A stretch of 64,000 nucleotides of DNA from an uncultured Chloroflexia bacterium (GTDB lineage Bacteria > Chloroflexota > Limnocylindria > Limnocylindrales > CSP1-4). Both the position numbers and the translations under genes were made by a program. Below the pieces are notes generated by a model, which had not been told where the DNA came from, did not search any database, and saw only the letters and a list, made by a program, of their open reading frames with translations. The stretch spans positions 32,001 through 96,000 of the forward strand of contig CAVQJC010000017.1 of the NCBI GenBank assembly GCA_963712745.1. Direction: 5' to 3'. Of this stretch, positions 37,949 through 48,345 are shown piece by piece (positions within the stretch are counted from its first letter, which is position 1; each line of letters begins with the position of its first letter).

Positions 37949-40111
37949 ATGACCGGCACTGCGGCCGCGCAGGAGGCGCAAGAGGGGCTGTTCGAGCGTC
38001 GTGGCCGCGAAGTCGTGTTCGTGCCGCTTAACGGCAACCAAGTGCGGCTGCTGATTACGAGCGCGGCCATCCTCTTCGTCGAGCTGTTGCTCATCCGCTG
38101 GATCACGGCCAACGTCGTCTTCGTCGGCTTCTTCAGCAACTTCCTGCTGATGGCCAGCTTCCTGGGCATCGGGTTGGGCATCCTGCGCGGCCGCAACGGG
38201 CGTCGCGTCCCCATCCTCCCGTTCGCCATCCTCTTGCTCATCGTGGTCCAGCTGGTCTACGGCGCGCAGCTGAATGTCCAGATCCGCTCCAGCGACGAGA
38301 TCTTCTTCGGCCTCGCGGAGAACGACTCCGCCGACGTGAACTTCCTGACCCTGCCGATGCTGGTGGTGCTGGTGACTCTCCTGCTGGCGGCGCTCGCCCT
38401 GCCCTTGGGGCCGCTCCTCCGGTCGATGCCGCCACTGCAGGCCTACGCCACCGACATCGCTGGATCGCTCATCGGTATCGCGCTGTTCGTCCTCCTCAGC
38501 GCCTCGGGGACCGATCCGCTCATCTGGTTCGGCGTGGCCGTCGTGCTCGTCGTGCTCATGGAGCTGGGAAGTGGCTTCAACATCTGGAGTGCTCCGAGCG
38601 TCGTCGCCCTTGGCTTGGTGCTCTTCTTCGTGAACGGGTACCTCGGCCCGGTCGATGCGCGCCACGACACCTACTCGCCGTACTACCGAGTCACCAGCGT
38701 CGTTACTCCGGACGGCACGCGCCATCTCCTGGTGAACGGCGTCCCACACCAGGCGCTGCATGCCGTCGATGGCACGACCAGGGAGCCGTTCTACGAACAG
38801 GTCTATGACTGGTTCCCCGAGCGGACGTATGACGATGTGCTGGTCATCGGTGCGGGCAGCGGTTCCGATGTGGCCCTGGCGCTGGACCGGGGTGCCCAGG
38901 CGGTCGACGCGGTGGAGATCGACCCGGTCATCCAGGCCATCGGCGTGGATGACCATCCGGACCGGCCATATGACGACCCCCGGGTCACGCGCATCGTGGC
39001 GGACGGCCGGGCGCACCTGGCCAACACCGATCGCACGTACGACCTCATCGTCTTTGCCCTGCCGGACTCGCTGACGCTGGTGAGCACCCAGGCCAACGTG
39101 CGACTCGAGTCCTTCCTCTTCACCATGCAGGCCTTCGCGGCTGCGCGCGACCACCTCTCCGATGACGGCCTGTTCGTGCTCTACAACTACTACCGCGAGC
39201 CGTGGCTGATCGAGAAGCTGGCAAACATGCTGGAGGAGTCCTTCGGCCACGAGCCCGTCGTTCGGCTCTACGAAGACACGGCCGCCGCCTTGGCGGCCGG
39301 CCCTGCCGTGGCCGCCCTCGCGGGAGGCCCGCCGCCCGGCGATGGTGTGGATGCCATCCCGGTGATAGCCGGCGCGACACCCACCCTTGCCACCGATGAC
39401 TGGCCCTTTCTGTACCTCCGTTCGCCCACGATCGCGCCCTACTACCTGGTGGCGCTGGCCATCGTCCTCGGCTTCGCCGCGCTGACCGTGACCGCTGCCG
39501 CCAAGCTCTCCGACACGTCGATCAGGCGCTTCAGCCCGCACTTCTTCGTGCTGGGCGTGGCCTTCCTCCTGCTCGAGACCCGCTCGCTGGTGAGCTTCAG
39601 CCTGCTCTTCGGCACGACCTGGCTGGTCAACGCGCTGGCGTTCTTCGGAATCCTCAGCAGCGTCCTGCTGGCCATCCTCATCAACTACCGCTTCCCCATC
39701 CGCCGGTCCTGGCCGTACTACGCGGGGCTCTTCGCTTCGCTCGCGCTGGCCTATCTCGTCCCGCCCGAGTCGCTGCTGCTGGAGCAGGCCTGGCTGCGCT
39801 ACACGCTGGCCGCGGCCCTGGCCTTTGCACCGGTATTCTTCGCCAACCTCGTGTTCACCTACTCGTTCCGTGACACGCGGTCCGCGGACATGGCCTTCGC
39901 CAGCAACCTGCTGGGCGCCATGGTCGGCGGCGCGCTGGAGTATCTGGCCCTTATCAGCGGCTACCAATCGTTGCTGCTGCTGGTAGCCGTGCTCTACGGC
40001 CTGGCCTACCTGCTCTCGAGTCGCTGGCGCACACTGGCGGACAAGGAGCTGGAAGACGAGCGCGCGTCCGATGCGCGCGCAGTGGGGGAGGTCGCCGTCG
40101 CGACCGGGTAG
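37949..40111 (+). CDS. Membrane-embedded spermidine-synthase-like SAM-dependent transferase
   Basis: TM bundles flank SPYYRV, VLVIGAGSGSD, AVEIDP, DGR, YDLIVF and TDDWPFLYL. Confidence 0.9.
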   Translation: MTGTAAAQEAQEGLFERRGREVVFVPLNGNQVRLLITSAAILFVELLLIRWITANVVFVGFFSNFLLMASFLGIGLGILRGRNGRRVPILPFAILLLIVVQLVYGAQLNVQIRSSDEIFFGLAENDSADVNFLTLPMLVVLVTLLLAALALPLGPLLRSMPPLQAYATDIAGSLIGIALFVLLSASGTDPLIWFGVAVVLVVLMELGSGFNIWSAPSVVALGLVLFFVNGYLGPVDARHDTYSPYYRVTSVVTPDGTRHLLVNGVPHQALHAVDGTTREPFYEQVYDWFPERTYDDVLVIGAGSGSDVALALDRGAQAVDAVEIDPVIQAIGVDDHPDRPYDDPRVTRIVADGRAHLANTDRTYDLIVFALPDSLTLVSTQANVRLESFLFTMQAFAAARDHLSDDGLFVLYNYYREPWLIEKLANMLEESFGHEPVVRLYEDTAAALAAGPAVAALAGGPPPGDGVDAIPVIAGATPTLATDDWPFLYLRSPTIAPYYLVALAIVLGFAALTVTAAAKLSDTSIRRFSPHFFVLGVAFLLLETRSLVSFSLLFGTTWLVNALAFFGILSSVLLAILINYRFPIRRSWPYYAGLFASLALAYLVPPESLLLEQAWLRYTLAAALAFAPVFFANLVFTYSFRDTRSADMAFASNLLGAMVGGALEYLALISGYQSLLLLVAVLYGLAYLLSSRWRTLADKELEDERASDARAVGEVAVATG

Positions 40112-40329
40112 CGCGCGGCCGGCGCGTTTCCCTAGTAGGGCAACTCGTCGACCGCCTGCTGGTGCTGCTCGACCGACCGGCCCGCATCAAATATGGCAGC
40201 CAGATGGACTTCGCGCGAGCGTACCCGGAGGGTGTCGGCTACTCGCTTGGTGTTGACGAGGCGCCCTGATGCTTACCATGCGTTGTCGGCAACGAACGAC
40301 CTCCCCATCGGGATCGTCCCGGAGCTCGA

Positions 40330-40490
40330 ATGGATGACGGCGTCGAGTTCCTCATCCGCGGATCGCTCATCGGCCTGGCCGGTGCGGCCCTCATGGATAT
40401 CTGTGGCCTCCTGCTCCGACGCGGCTTCGGCGCGCCGACCCTCGACTACGCGCTGCTGGGGCGCTGGGTCGGACACTTCCCCAAGGTCGT
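40330..40490 (+). pseudogene. DUF2938-like membrane protein, 5' fragment
   Basis: IGLAGAALMD..LDYALLGRWVGHF, then homology ends. Confidence 0.65.
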
Positions 40491-40742
40491 TTCTTCCATG
40501 ACCGCGGGAACGACATCCATGACAACAGCATCGGCGTGACCGTCAGCGGAGCGTCGCCCATCCTTGAGGGCAACACCAGCGGGTCGAACCAGGTGGGCCT
40601 TGAGGTCTCGGGTGCCACCTCGGACCTGGCGCTCTCCGGCAACGTCATCTGCGACAACGAGACCAACGTGAACCTCGTCTGCGGCGCCGAGCTGTCCGAC
40701 ACGACCGGCAACGAGATCTGCGAGGACACACCCGCTGAGTAG
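40490..40742 (+). pseudogene. Right-handed beta-helix (NosD-like) 3' fragment
   Basis: GNDIHDNSIGV..GNTSGSNQVGL..GNVICDN. Confidence 0.6.
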
Positions 40743-40861
40743 TCCTCCGCCGATGGCAGGCCTTGGGGCCGTGACGATCCGGAACCGGCTCGCCCGGGTC
40801 GACCTCGTGTCGGCTCGGGCATTGCCGCTCGAGCGTGTGGAGGCACGAGGCCATCACGTCA

Positions 40862-41210
40862 TCATCGCCGCGTTTGACTCGGCCCCTTGCGGGCGTTGCA
40901 GCTCGCGCAGGGCACGCCGGGTCTCGCCGACAGCGGCTCGCCACCGAGGGCCAGCGGCACCGGATGGTCGGCGGCCAGCTCGCCCTGTCGCACCGCGTGG
41001 GACTCGCGATGCCAGCCCGGACACGTCCAGCCGTGGACTGCGACATGCGCTTCGACCGTCCGCCTCGCCAGCCGGCGCCAGACGCTGGTGCGTCGCACCG
41101 GATGGTCGGGCGTCCGCCGGAAGCGGTTGGCCAAGCCGGGTCGACCGCAGCGCCGTGGCCCCACAGGCTCGGCGTTGACCTGGCCCGGCCGCAGGTCCAA
41201 CATGGCCCGA
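40862..41210 (-). pseudogene. HNH endonuclease, copy 3 (near complete; N-terminal PCWTCGR out of frame)
   Basis: RCGRPGLANRF..ADHPVPLALGGE..CASCNARKG. Confidence 0.85.
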
Positions 41211-41250
41211 TTCCACTGTCAGGATCGCTTTGGAGGAGCGCCCGAGATCG

Positions 41251-41934
41251 ATGGACCGGAACGATCCCGCCTACGGCGGCCAGCGCGAGTACAGCCCGCT
41301 CTTCCTCAAGATCTATGACCCGGTGATCCTGGGCTTCTTCACGCGGGTCATGTGGCGCTGCCCGGCCAGCCGACTGGTCGAGCGATACCAGCGATATGCC
41401 CGCCCTCCGCACCTCGACGTGGGGCCGGGCACTGGCTACTTCCTCGAACGAGCGGGTCTGCCGGAGGGCAGCCCGGTCACGATCCTCGACCCGAACCGAA
41501 ACGTCCTCGACCACGCATCCCGGCGGCTGCGGCGACTGGACCTCACGGCCGTGGAGGCCGATGTCCTGAAGCCGCTGCCACTCGACGGGCCGTTCGACTC
41601 CGCCGCCTTGAACGGCGTGATCCATTGCCTGCCAGGACCGCTCTCTCGGAAGGCCGATGCCGTGGCCAACGTGGCGGCCGTACTGGCACCGACTGGTGTC
41701 CTCTTCGGGGCATCGATCCTCGGCACCTCGGGGCAGCACACCTGGTTGTCCCGCAGCGCCCTCAAGTCCAACAACCGGCGAGGCGTCTTCGACAACCTCG
41801 ACGACACCGAAGAGGGGTTGGCCGAGGTCCTCGGGCAGTCGTTCGGACACGTGGAGCTGGAGATCATCGGCGCGATGGCGGTCTTCGCGGCGACGGATCC
41901 GAGCGGCCACTCGACGAGAGTCGCGACACCATAG
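41251..41934 (+). CDS. Class I SAM-dependent methyltransferase
   Basis: HLDVGPGTGYF, ILDPN, EADVL, VIHCLPG. Confidence 0.9.
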   Translation: MDRNDPAYGGQREYSPLFLKIYDPVILGFFTRVMWRCPASRLVERYQRYARPPHLDVGPGTGYFLERAGLPEGSPVTILDPNRNVLDHASRRLRRLDLTAVEADVLKPLPLDGPFDSAALNGVIHCLPGPLSRKADAVANVAAVLAPTGVLFGASILGTSGQHTWLSRSALKSNNRRGVFDNLDDTEEGLAEVLGQSFGHVELEIIGAMAVFAATDPSGHSTRVATP

Positions 41935-41975
41935 CGACGCCCGATCCGCTCGCCGTCATTGCGTTCGCCTTCGCC

Positions 41976-42175
41976 TCACCGTCGCCGCTGACTCAGGCCC
42001 TTGCGCGTGTTGCAGCTCGGGCAGAGCACTCCGGGCCGTGCGGACAACGGCTCACCACCGAGGACGAGCGGCACCGGATGGTCGGGCATGCACCGGAAGC
42101 GGTTGGCGAAGCCGGGTCGACCGCAGCGGTCGCAGCGACGCTCGTTCGTCGTGGGCCAGCCGCACGTGCATCGTC
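41976..42175 (-). pseudogene. HNH endonuclease, copy 4 (internal deletion)
   Basis: CTCGWPTTNERRCDRCGRPGFANRFRCMPDHP|VPLVLGGE..CPSCNTRKG. Confidence 0.85.
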
Positions 42176-42194
42176 CGGTGGTCGCGGGCCTGCC

Positions 42195-42620
42195 TCAGGC
42201 CTGCCTCCGCTCGGCCACCTCGACCAATCTGCCGGTCTCCTTCTCGAGCCAGCGTCGGTAGATGGGCTTCAGCGTCAGACCCGTGAAACCGGCTGCCGTG
42301 CCCGACACCTCGATCTCGTGCCTGATGCGTACGCCTGAGTCCGTGGGCTCCACCTCGAAGCGCTGGACGACGATGAGCCCAGGCGGGCGGACCTCGGTCT
42401 CGATGAAACGACCGGGATCCAGTCGACGCACCAACACGTCCCACGTCCGGCGATACCCTGCCTGGACGCGAACGATGGAGCCCTCGGCGAGTGGTCCATC
42501 CGCATCGGCGTTGCGCGTGTTGTGGCCCCACGAGCTCCACGTCGATGGGTCCATGTAGAGACTGAAGACATCAGCAGGTGTCAGCCCGGCTTCGCGGACG
42601 CTCTCGATCGACCAGGTCAT
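42195..42620 (-). CDS. SRPBCC family protein
   Basis: PADVFSLYMDPSTWSSW..DGPLAEGS. Confidence 0.8.
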   Translation of the reverse strand: MTWSIESVREAGLTPADVFSLYMDPSTWSSWGHNTRNADADGPLAEGSIVRVQAGYRRTWDVLVRRLDPGRFIETEVRPPGLIVVQRFEVEPTDSGVRIRHEIEVSGTAAGFTGLTLKPIYRRWLEKETGRLVEVAERRQA

Positions 42621-43188
42621 CGCTCCCTCGCTCTCTCCGCACTCGCCCCCTGGTTGCCCGGCCTGGTACTCCGGTCGCCCCATTGTCGGTTCGAAAGTCA
42701 ACAGGAAAGTGCTGCTGGGTCCCGAACCACACGATGATCGAGGCCTGCACCGGTTCGGCCATCGCGCTCGAGGACCCGGGGCCTACCCCGCCAGCCCCTC
42801 ATGGGCTCCCAAAGCATGTGCACTAGCGCTGCGCTACACCCCGACGATTGCGTGCGTCACTAGGGCACACAGCGCACTTCGATCGCGACACCGCGGGGCC
42901 TACAGCGCTGGTTGGTGCACATGATCGCCCCCGAGCAGCGCGCTCACGAACGCTGCCGCGATGTCCTATGCCACGGCCCGCAGAATACGTTCGCGTCATG
43001 CCGGCCATCCGGGAATGCGACGAGTAGCTCGTCCTTGAGCATTCGAGCGCACGCTCCCCGCTGCTGAATGCGGTCTGCATATCGTTGATCCCGATCGTTC
43101 GCAGCAGCGGGCATCCAAGCCTTCGGCGGATTCGAGGGGCAAGTGGTCGTTTCGGACGTCGCGCAGAACCGTGCCCAATGCCGAGTCA

Positions 43189-43650
43189 CTACGACTGATC
43201 CGTAGCGGCCGATGTCGCTGCGTCCAGGTTGGACTTGAGCCGTTCGATGTCGCCGTTCGACTGGCGCCTCAGCATCACAGCCGCGAGTGGGGTGAACATG
43301 CGCCACACCCCCGAGAACTCGCCGCCGGACTCGATGGTGACGATCGCCCCGTCGCCGTCGGGTTCCACGCGGCAACGGGTCGTGACGTCAGCCGCTCCCG
43401 CAGTCGTCGACCAGCTGACGTGGTGCGGCGGGTCCCAGTCGACGACCTCGGCGATCACGGTGTAGCGGCGACCCATGACCTTCGAGGTCCGCTCGTCGCG
43501 GCGGCCTGGCTTGGTCGGCCCAGGATCGAGCCAGCGCGTCTCGATCACCGCCGTTCGCCACTGCGGGTCGTTCTCCGCATCGGCGATGAAGGCGAAGACC
43601 TCATCCGCCGGCCGATCCACCCGGGTGGTCATGCTGCCACTCGCCTTCAT
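43189..43650 (-). CDS. SRPBCC family protein
   Basis: VDRPADEVFAFIADAENDPQW. Confidence 0.88.
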   Translation of the reverse strand: MKASGSMTTRVDRPADEVFAFIADAENDPQWRTAVIETRWLDPGPTKPGRRDERTSKVMGRRYTVIAEVVDWDPPHHVSWSTTAGAADVTTRCRVEPDGDGAIVTIESGGEFSGVWRMFTPLAAVMLRRQSNGDIERLKSNLDAATSAATDQS

Positions 43651-43669
43651 CACTCGCTCCCTCTCGCCG

Positions 43670-44284
43670 TCAGGAGGTCGGACCGTGCGCCACACGTTCG
43701 TGGGGTGGGTGCCCAGCCTGGGGCTCCGGAACGTCGGCAGCGACCACGATAAGCTCCTTCACCATCCCGGCTGCCGCATGGGTGGGGTGCTCGAAGATGG
43801 CATGTAGCTCGGGTGGCCATTCGGATGGATCCATGTCTTCGGTGACCCCGAGTCGTGCGACCAGGTCGGCTTCCAGCCCTTGCGGCAGGTCGCAGATGAG
43901 CACATAGCGACCCTCGCGGTCAAGCACGATCGTATCGGCGGAAACCGCCCCGGGCTCGACGAACACGTCGTCCGAGACCAGCTCGACCAATCCGGACTCC
44001 ACCGCATCCTCGCCGAGCACGAGCAGCTCCTCAAGCGTCTCGGTCGTCTCATCGGCGACCCGCGCGACCATCATCTCGTGGAACTCGGCGCCGTCGTTGC
44101 GGAGCACCAGGGTGGTCCCGACCGGTACTTCATCCGGAAGGCTCGTGAACGCGTACTCCGAAGCCACCACCTCGACCACCGTGGGCTGCTGACCCGACAC
44201 AGTCTGTACGCTGAGACCGACGATGCCGATGACCACCAGACCGATGCTCGTGACGATGCCTGAGTTACTGACCCGCTGTTCCAC
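43670..44284 (-). CDS. Secreted cupredoxin-like protein with an expanded Cys-His loop
   Basis: EYAF, NDGAEFHEM, YVLICDLP...HAAAGM; paralog of 55187..55837. Confidence 0.8.
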   Translation of the reverse strand: MEQRVSNSGIVTSIGLVVIGIVGLSVQTVSGQQPTVVEVVASEYAFTSLPDEVPVGTTLVLRNDGAEFHEMMVARVADETTETLEELLVLGEDAVESGLVELVSDDVFVEPGAVSADTIVLDREGRYVLICDLPQGLEADLVARLGVTEDMDPSEWPPELHAIFEHPTHAAAGMVKELIVVAADVPEPQAGHPPHERVAHGPTS

Positions 44285-44387
44285 GATCGCCTCCTTGTCC
44301 ACTGACTGAGGAGCCATCAGGCGATGGCCCGATTCGCGGTCCGGACGATGCTGGTCGTTCGCGACCGCCGAGGGCAGTCTGGGACCG

Positions 44388-46292
44388 GTGACCGGGCCGA
44401 GCGACAGTGCTGGCCCTTCAAGTCAGCGAGCGGATTCGAGGGTTAGCCCCCTGGCGAACATCAACGGCTGGTGGGAGCATCGTGGCCATGCAAGCGAGCG
44501 AATCGGGCCGGCCTGCGTGAGCGATGCCGGCGCGATCAGGGAACAGGCGCGGGCCCACCCGGGCCTCGCGATCCAACTGCCGCTGTGGGTGAGCGTACTG
44601 GTGGTGGTTGCAGCCATCCTGGTTGCACTCGCAAGTGCCTGGCTCCTGATCACGACTCCCTGGGGAGAGTTCGACCGCACCCAGTGGTGGTTCGGACTCG
44701 CGAGCCACTTGTTCACCATCGGCGTCGGCCTCATCGCCTGGAACGCTCGGCCGGGAAACCGCGTCGGTCCACTGCTGATCCTCATCGGTCTCGGGGGATT
44801 CGTCTCCTGGCTGCAGCACAGCGGAGATCCGCTGCTCTGGACGCTCGGCGACATGTGGCTGCTACTCGGGCTCGTCGTAACCGGGCACCTGTACCTCGTC
44901 TTCCCCGAGGGTCGCGCACGCGGTTGGTCCCTCGCGCTTGCGGTCTCGCTCTACGTCTGGTTCTTCGCCGCCAGCGTGGCCAACAGAGTGTTGAGCGAGT
45001 ACCCGCCTGCCTGGCCGTGGCAGAACCCGTTGCTCATCTGGCCGAACGCCGAGATGGCGACAGCGACGGGGACCATCGGTGATCTCGGCGGCCTCGTCTT
45101 GCTGATCCTCGTAGTCGCGACGGTAGTGCGGAGATGGCGGCGGGGATCGCCGGTCACACGCCGCGCGATGGTTCCGGTGATGGTAGTGAGCCCATTCACC
45201 CTCCTCTTCGTCGGCACCTGGTTCCTTGGAAGGATCACCGGCATCGAAGGGCTCGTCGTCTTCTCGAACGGGACAGTCTCAGCGGTCTTCGGCTTCCTGT
45301 TCCCGATCGCGTTCCTGGCCGGGTTGCTGCGCACGAGCATCGAGCGAGGCTCGATCGCAGGCCTCGTTCGTGAGCTCGACGGCGTGACCACGAACGCCCT
45401 GGAACCTGCGCTCGCGCGGGCGGTGCACGATCCCTCGCTGCGGATCGCGTTCCCGACAGGCGATGGCGCAGGATATGTCGACGGCGCCGGTCAGGCGGTG
45501 GCGCTGCCGCAGGACGGATCGGGGCTGTCGATGACTCGTGTCGGCTCGCCTGACCACACCCTCGCCGTCCTCGTTCACGACGCTTCGGTCGACGACGAGC
45601 TCGTCGAGAGTGCCGCGGCCGCGTCGAGGCTGGCGCTCGAGAACGCACGGCTCACCGCCGAGCTCCGCGCACAGCTCGAGGCGGTCCGCGCATCCCGGTT
45701 GCGGATCGTGCAGGCCGCCGACGAGGAGCGCCGGCGCCTGGAGCGTGACCTCCACGACGGCGCTCAGCAGCGCCTGGTCGCGCTTGGCTTCGCGCTCCGG
45801 GACGCCACCCGGCGCGCACACGAGGACCCCGAGCTGAGGAGCATCCTCGAGGGTGCCCAGGTCGAGCTCGAGTCCGGGCTCAAGGAGCTCCGGACCATCG
45901 CACGCGGCCTCCATCCGACCGCACTGGACGATGGTCTGGCTCCGGCCATCCGGGAGCTGGCCGACCGCTCCCCCATGCCGGTCGAGGTCAAGCTCACGGA
46001 GGTCGCGCTACCGAGCTCTGTCGAGACCACGGCCTACTTCATCGCGGCGGAGGCGCTGACGAACGCCCTGCGACACGCACGGGCGAGCAGCATCATCGTC
46101 ACCGGGGCAGCCCAAGACGGGCGCTACCGGCTCGCGGTGAGTGACGACGGACGCGGCGGTGCCGAGGGAACGATGGACGGCTCCGGGATGCGCGGACTCC
46201 GCGACCGCGCCCAGGCGCTGGGTGGAACGCTCCGGGTGGAGAGCCCGGTGGGTGGGGGCACGACGGTAGTGGCGGAGCTTCCACTCCGATGA
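44388..46292 (+). CDS. Membrane sensor histidine kinase (HisKA_3, NarX-like); start uncertain
   Basis: ERRRLERDLHDGAQQ, EALTNALRHA, DDGRGG, GSGMRGL. Confidence 0.92.
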   Translation: MTGPSDSAGPSSQRADSRVSPLANINGWWEHRGHASERIGPACVSDAGAIREQARAHPGLAIQLPLWVSVLVVVAAILVALASAWLLITTPWGEFDRTQWWFGLASHLFTIGVGLIAWNARPGNRVGPLLILIGLGGFVSWLQHSGDPLLWTLGDMWLLLGLVVTGHLYLVFPEGRARGWSLALAVSLYVWFFAASVANRVLSEYPPAWPWQNPLLIWPNAEMATATGTIGDLGGLVLLILVVATVVRRWRRGSPVTRRAMVPVMVVSPFTLLFVGTWFLGRITGIEGLVVFSNGTVSAVFGFLFPIAFLAGLLRTSIERGSIAGLVRELDGVTTNALEPALARAVHDPSLRIAFPTGDGAGYVDGAGQAVALPQDGSGLSMTRVGSPDHTLAVLVHDASVDDELVESAAAASRLALENARLTAELRAQLEAVRASRLRIVQAADEERRRLERDLHDGAQQRLVALGFALRDATRRAHEDPELRSILEGAQVELESGLKELRTIARGLHPTALDDGLAPAIRELADRSPMPVEVKLTEVALPSSVETTAYFIAAEALTNALRHARASSIIVTGAAQDGRYRLAVSDDGRGGAEGTMDGSGMRGLRDRAQALGGTLRVESPVGGGTTVVAELPLR

Positions 46293-46972
46293 GTGATCCC
46301 CGACTGCGGGTCGTGGTGATCGACGACTCCATCCTGTTCCGCTCGGGCATGGTCCACCTGCTCGCCGACGAGGGCTTCGAGGTCGCAGGAGAGGCGGGCG
46401 ACCCCGACACCGCCGTCGCGCTCGTCGACCGCGAGCAGCCTGACGTCGTCGTGCTCGACATCCGCATGCCGCCGAACCACCGGACCGAGGGCCTCGATGC
46501 CGCGTTCATCATTCGCGAACGACACCCATCGATCGCGATCCTGCTGCTCTCGGCCCATGTCGAGGCGCGACATGCGATGCGTCTGCTACAGGATGGACAG
46601 GCGGGTGTCGGGTACCTGCTGAAGGACCGCGTCATGCGCGAGACGGAGCTGAGCGACGCCATCAGGCGGGTCGCAGCCGGAGGGTCGGTCATCGACCCCG
46701 AGCTCGTCGGCGAGCTTCTCGGTCGGTCGCGGTCTCGCAACCCGGTCGACGAACTCACCCCGCGCGAGCGCGAGGTCCTCGAGCTCATGGCGGAGGGCCG
46801 ATCGAACCAGTCGATCGCGGACCGGCTGGTGCTGGAACCCAAGACCATCGAAGGACATATCCGAACGGTGTTCTCCAAGCTCGGGCTCGAGCCCGAGCCC
46901 TCCAGCCATCGGCGCGTGCTCGCGGTGCTCACCTACCTGCGAGACCGATCGACAGCGGTGAACGGAACGTGA
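46289..46972 (+). CDS. NarL/LuxR response regulator
   Basis: VIDD, LDIRMPP, YLLK, LTPREREVL. Confidence 0.95.
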   Translation: MSDPRLRVVVIDDSILFRSGMVHLLADEGFEVAGEAGDPDTAVALVDREQPDVVVLDIRMPPNHRTEGLDAAFIIRERHPSIAILLLSAHVEARHAMRLLQDGQAGVGYLLKDRVMRETELSDAIRRVAAGGSVIDPELVGELLGRSRSRNPVDELTPREREVLELMAEGRSNQSIADRLVLEPKTIEGHIRTVFSKLGLEPEPSSHRRVLAVLTYLRDRSTAVNGT

Positions 46973-46994
46973 GATCGATGCCCTGCTCACTGTA

Positions 46995-47020
46995 TCCTTA
47001 CCTTGACCGCACAGTAAGGA
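46995..47020. promoter_or_regulatory. Probable AbrB-type antitoxin operator
   Basis: TCCTTAC-N12-GTAAGGA. Confidence 0.6.
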
Positions 47021-47026
47021 GAACGG

Positions 47027-47278
47027 ATGATGGAAGTCACCGCACGGCTCAGCTCCAAAGGCCAGGTCACGGTCCCCCGCGCGGTCCGCGACGCGCTCTC
47101 CCTGGAGGAAGGGGACCGCCTCGTGTTCCGGGTGGAAGGCGACCATGCCGTCCTGGCCCGGACGCCGGACCTCTTGGCGCTCGCAGGATCGGTGAGCGTG
47201 CCGGCCGCGAAGCGGGGCACGCCCTGGGATGAGGTGCTGCGGCAGACGCGCCGAGCTCGCGCAGCCGGGCGACGGTGA
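47027..47278 (+). CDS. AbrB/MazE/SpoVT antitoxin
   Basis: LSSKGQVTVPRAVRDALSLEEGD. Confidence 0.92.
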   Translation: MMEVTARLSSKGQVTVPRAVRDALSLEEGDRLVFRVEGDHAVLARTPDLLALAGSVSVPAAKRGTPWDEVLRQTRRARAAGRR

Positions 47279-47670
47279 CCGCCTTCGTCGATGCCAACAT
47301 CCTCATCCGCCACCTGACCGGGGACCCACCCGAGCAGGCTGCGCGCGCGACGCGCTACCTGCGTGCCGCCGACGAGCTGCTGCTGCCCGATCTCATCCTC
47401 GCCGAGGTCGCCTACGTCCTGGAGTCGTTCTACGAGACGCCGCGGGCGCAGGTGGCAGCCACGCTCCGAGCGGTGCTGGCGTTCCCGGCCATCCGGGTCA
47501 TCGATCGGGATCTCCTGCAGCGTGCCATCGAGGTCTATGACCTCCTCCGACTCGACTTCGCGGATGCCTATCTCGTCGCGAGCGCCGAACGGACGGGGAT
47601 CGGAGTCGTCGCCTCGTTCGATCGTGGCATCGATCGCGCCGTCACCGTCCGCCGCGAGGAGCCCGGCTGA
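47275..47670 (+). CDS. vapC: PIN domain toxin
   Basis: FVDANIL, LAEV, DFADAY, SFD. Confidence 0.92.
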   Translation: MTAFVDANILIRHLTGDPPEQAARATRYLRAADELLLPDLILAEVAYVLESFYETPRAQVAATLRAVLAFPAIRVIDRDLLQRAIEVYDLLRLDFADAYLVASAERTGIGVVASFDRGIDRAVTVRREEPG

Positions 47671-47689
47671 ATGGCCTGGGGTCGAGTTC

Positions 47690-47740
47690 GAGCCAGAGCC
47701 CGCCAAGGGATCGAGCACCGCCTCACCCGGCAGGGTCGCG
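47690..47740 (-). pseudogene. DNA methyltransferase motif I scrap
   Basis: ATLPGEAVLDPLAGSG; 23 bp identical to 56941..56963. Confidence 0.6.
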
Positions 47741-47779
47741 CTTCGACTCGACGGCACCGCCGACGACCGGCACTTGGCC

Positions 47780-48253
47780 TCCGTGCGCCAGACACACCCG
47801 CTGTGGGCAGAGACCGTCGCGACACGGCTCGACGGACTCGACCAGCTCGGCGGTCAGATGTGGACCTTCCGAGCTCTCGTTCTCTCACCGGCCACGTCCA
47901 AGGGCTGGCCGGGATCGACCTGTCTCGTCCAGACGGTGGAGCTACCCCAGGTCCGTACGCTCGACCAGCTGAGGCCCGCGGTGCTCGACGGCATCAGCAT
48001 CACACCAGGGTTGACCGAGGGTCCTCACGTCAGCGCGCTTACGCTCCCGTCCGGAGACAGCCGGAGGATCGACTACATGGCCCGGGGAGAATCGGGTCGC
48101 GACATGTTCAATTCGCTCTTCCTGGTCGACACGCAGACGACCCTGGCCTCTGCTGCACCCGGGATCCAGCTCTGCTGTCACTCGTTCGAGGGGTACGTAG
48201 ACGACTGGCTCACCATCGCCGAGACCTTCGAGTTCCTGCCCGCCGAGGAGTAG
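47780..48253 (+). pseudogene. 3' fragment of a hypothetical protein
   Basis: Coding-like frame ending DDWLTIAETFEFLPAEE with no clear start. Confidence 0.4.
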
Positions 48254-48345
48254 GTCGCGGCTGCCGTCGAAGGCCATACACTCCGCGTTGGCGGAGAAGG
48301 TGGACATGTGAAGTGGACATGTCCACCAGCGGGTCCCCACGACCC

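Noticed and set aside
37220-39967. 915-aa minus-strand ORF as a giant HNH fusion
   Set aside because: It is mostly the antisense shadow of the spermidine-synthase-like gene; only the last ~95 codons are HNH
42760-43180. Structured ncRNA in the long intergenic region
   Set aside because: No recognisable family motif or convincing stems
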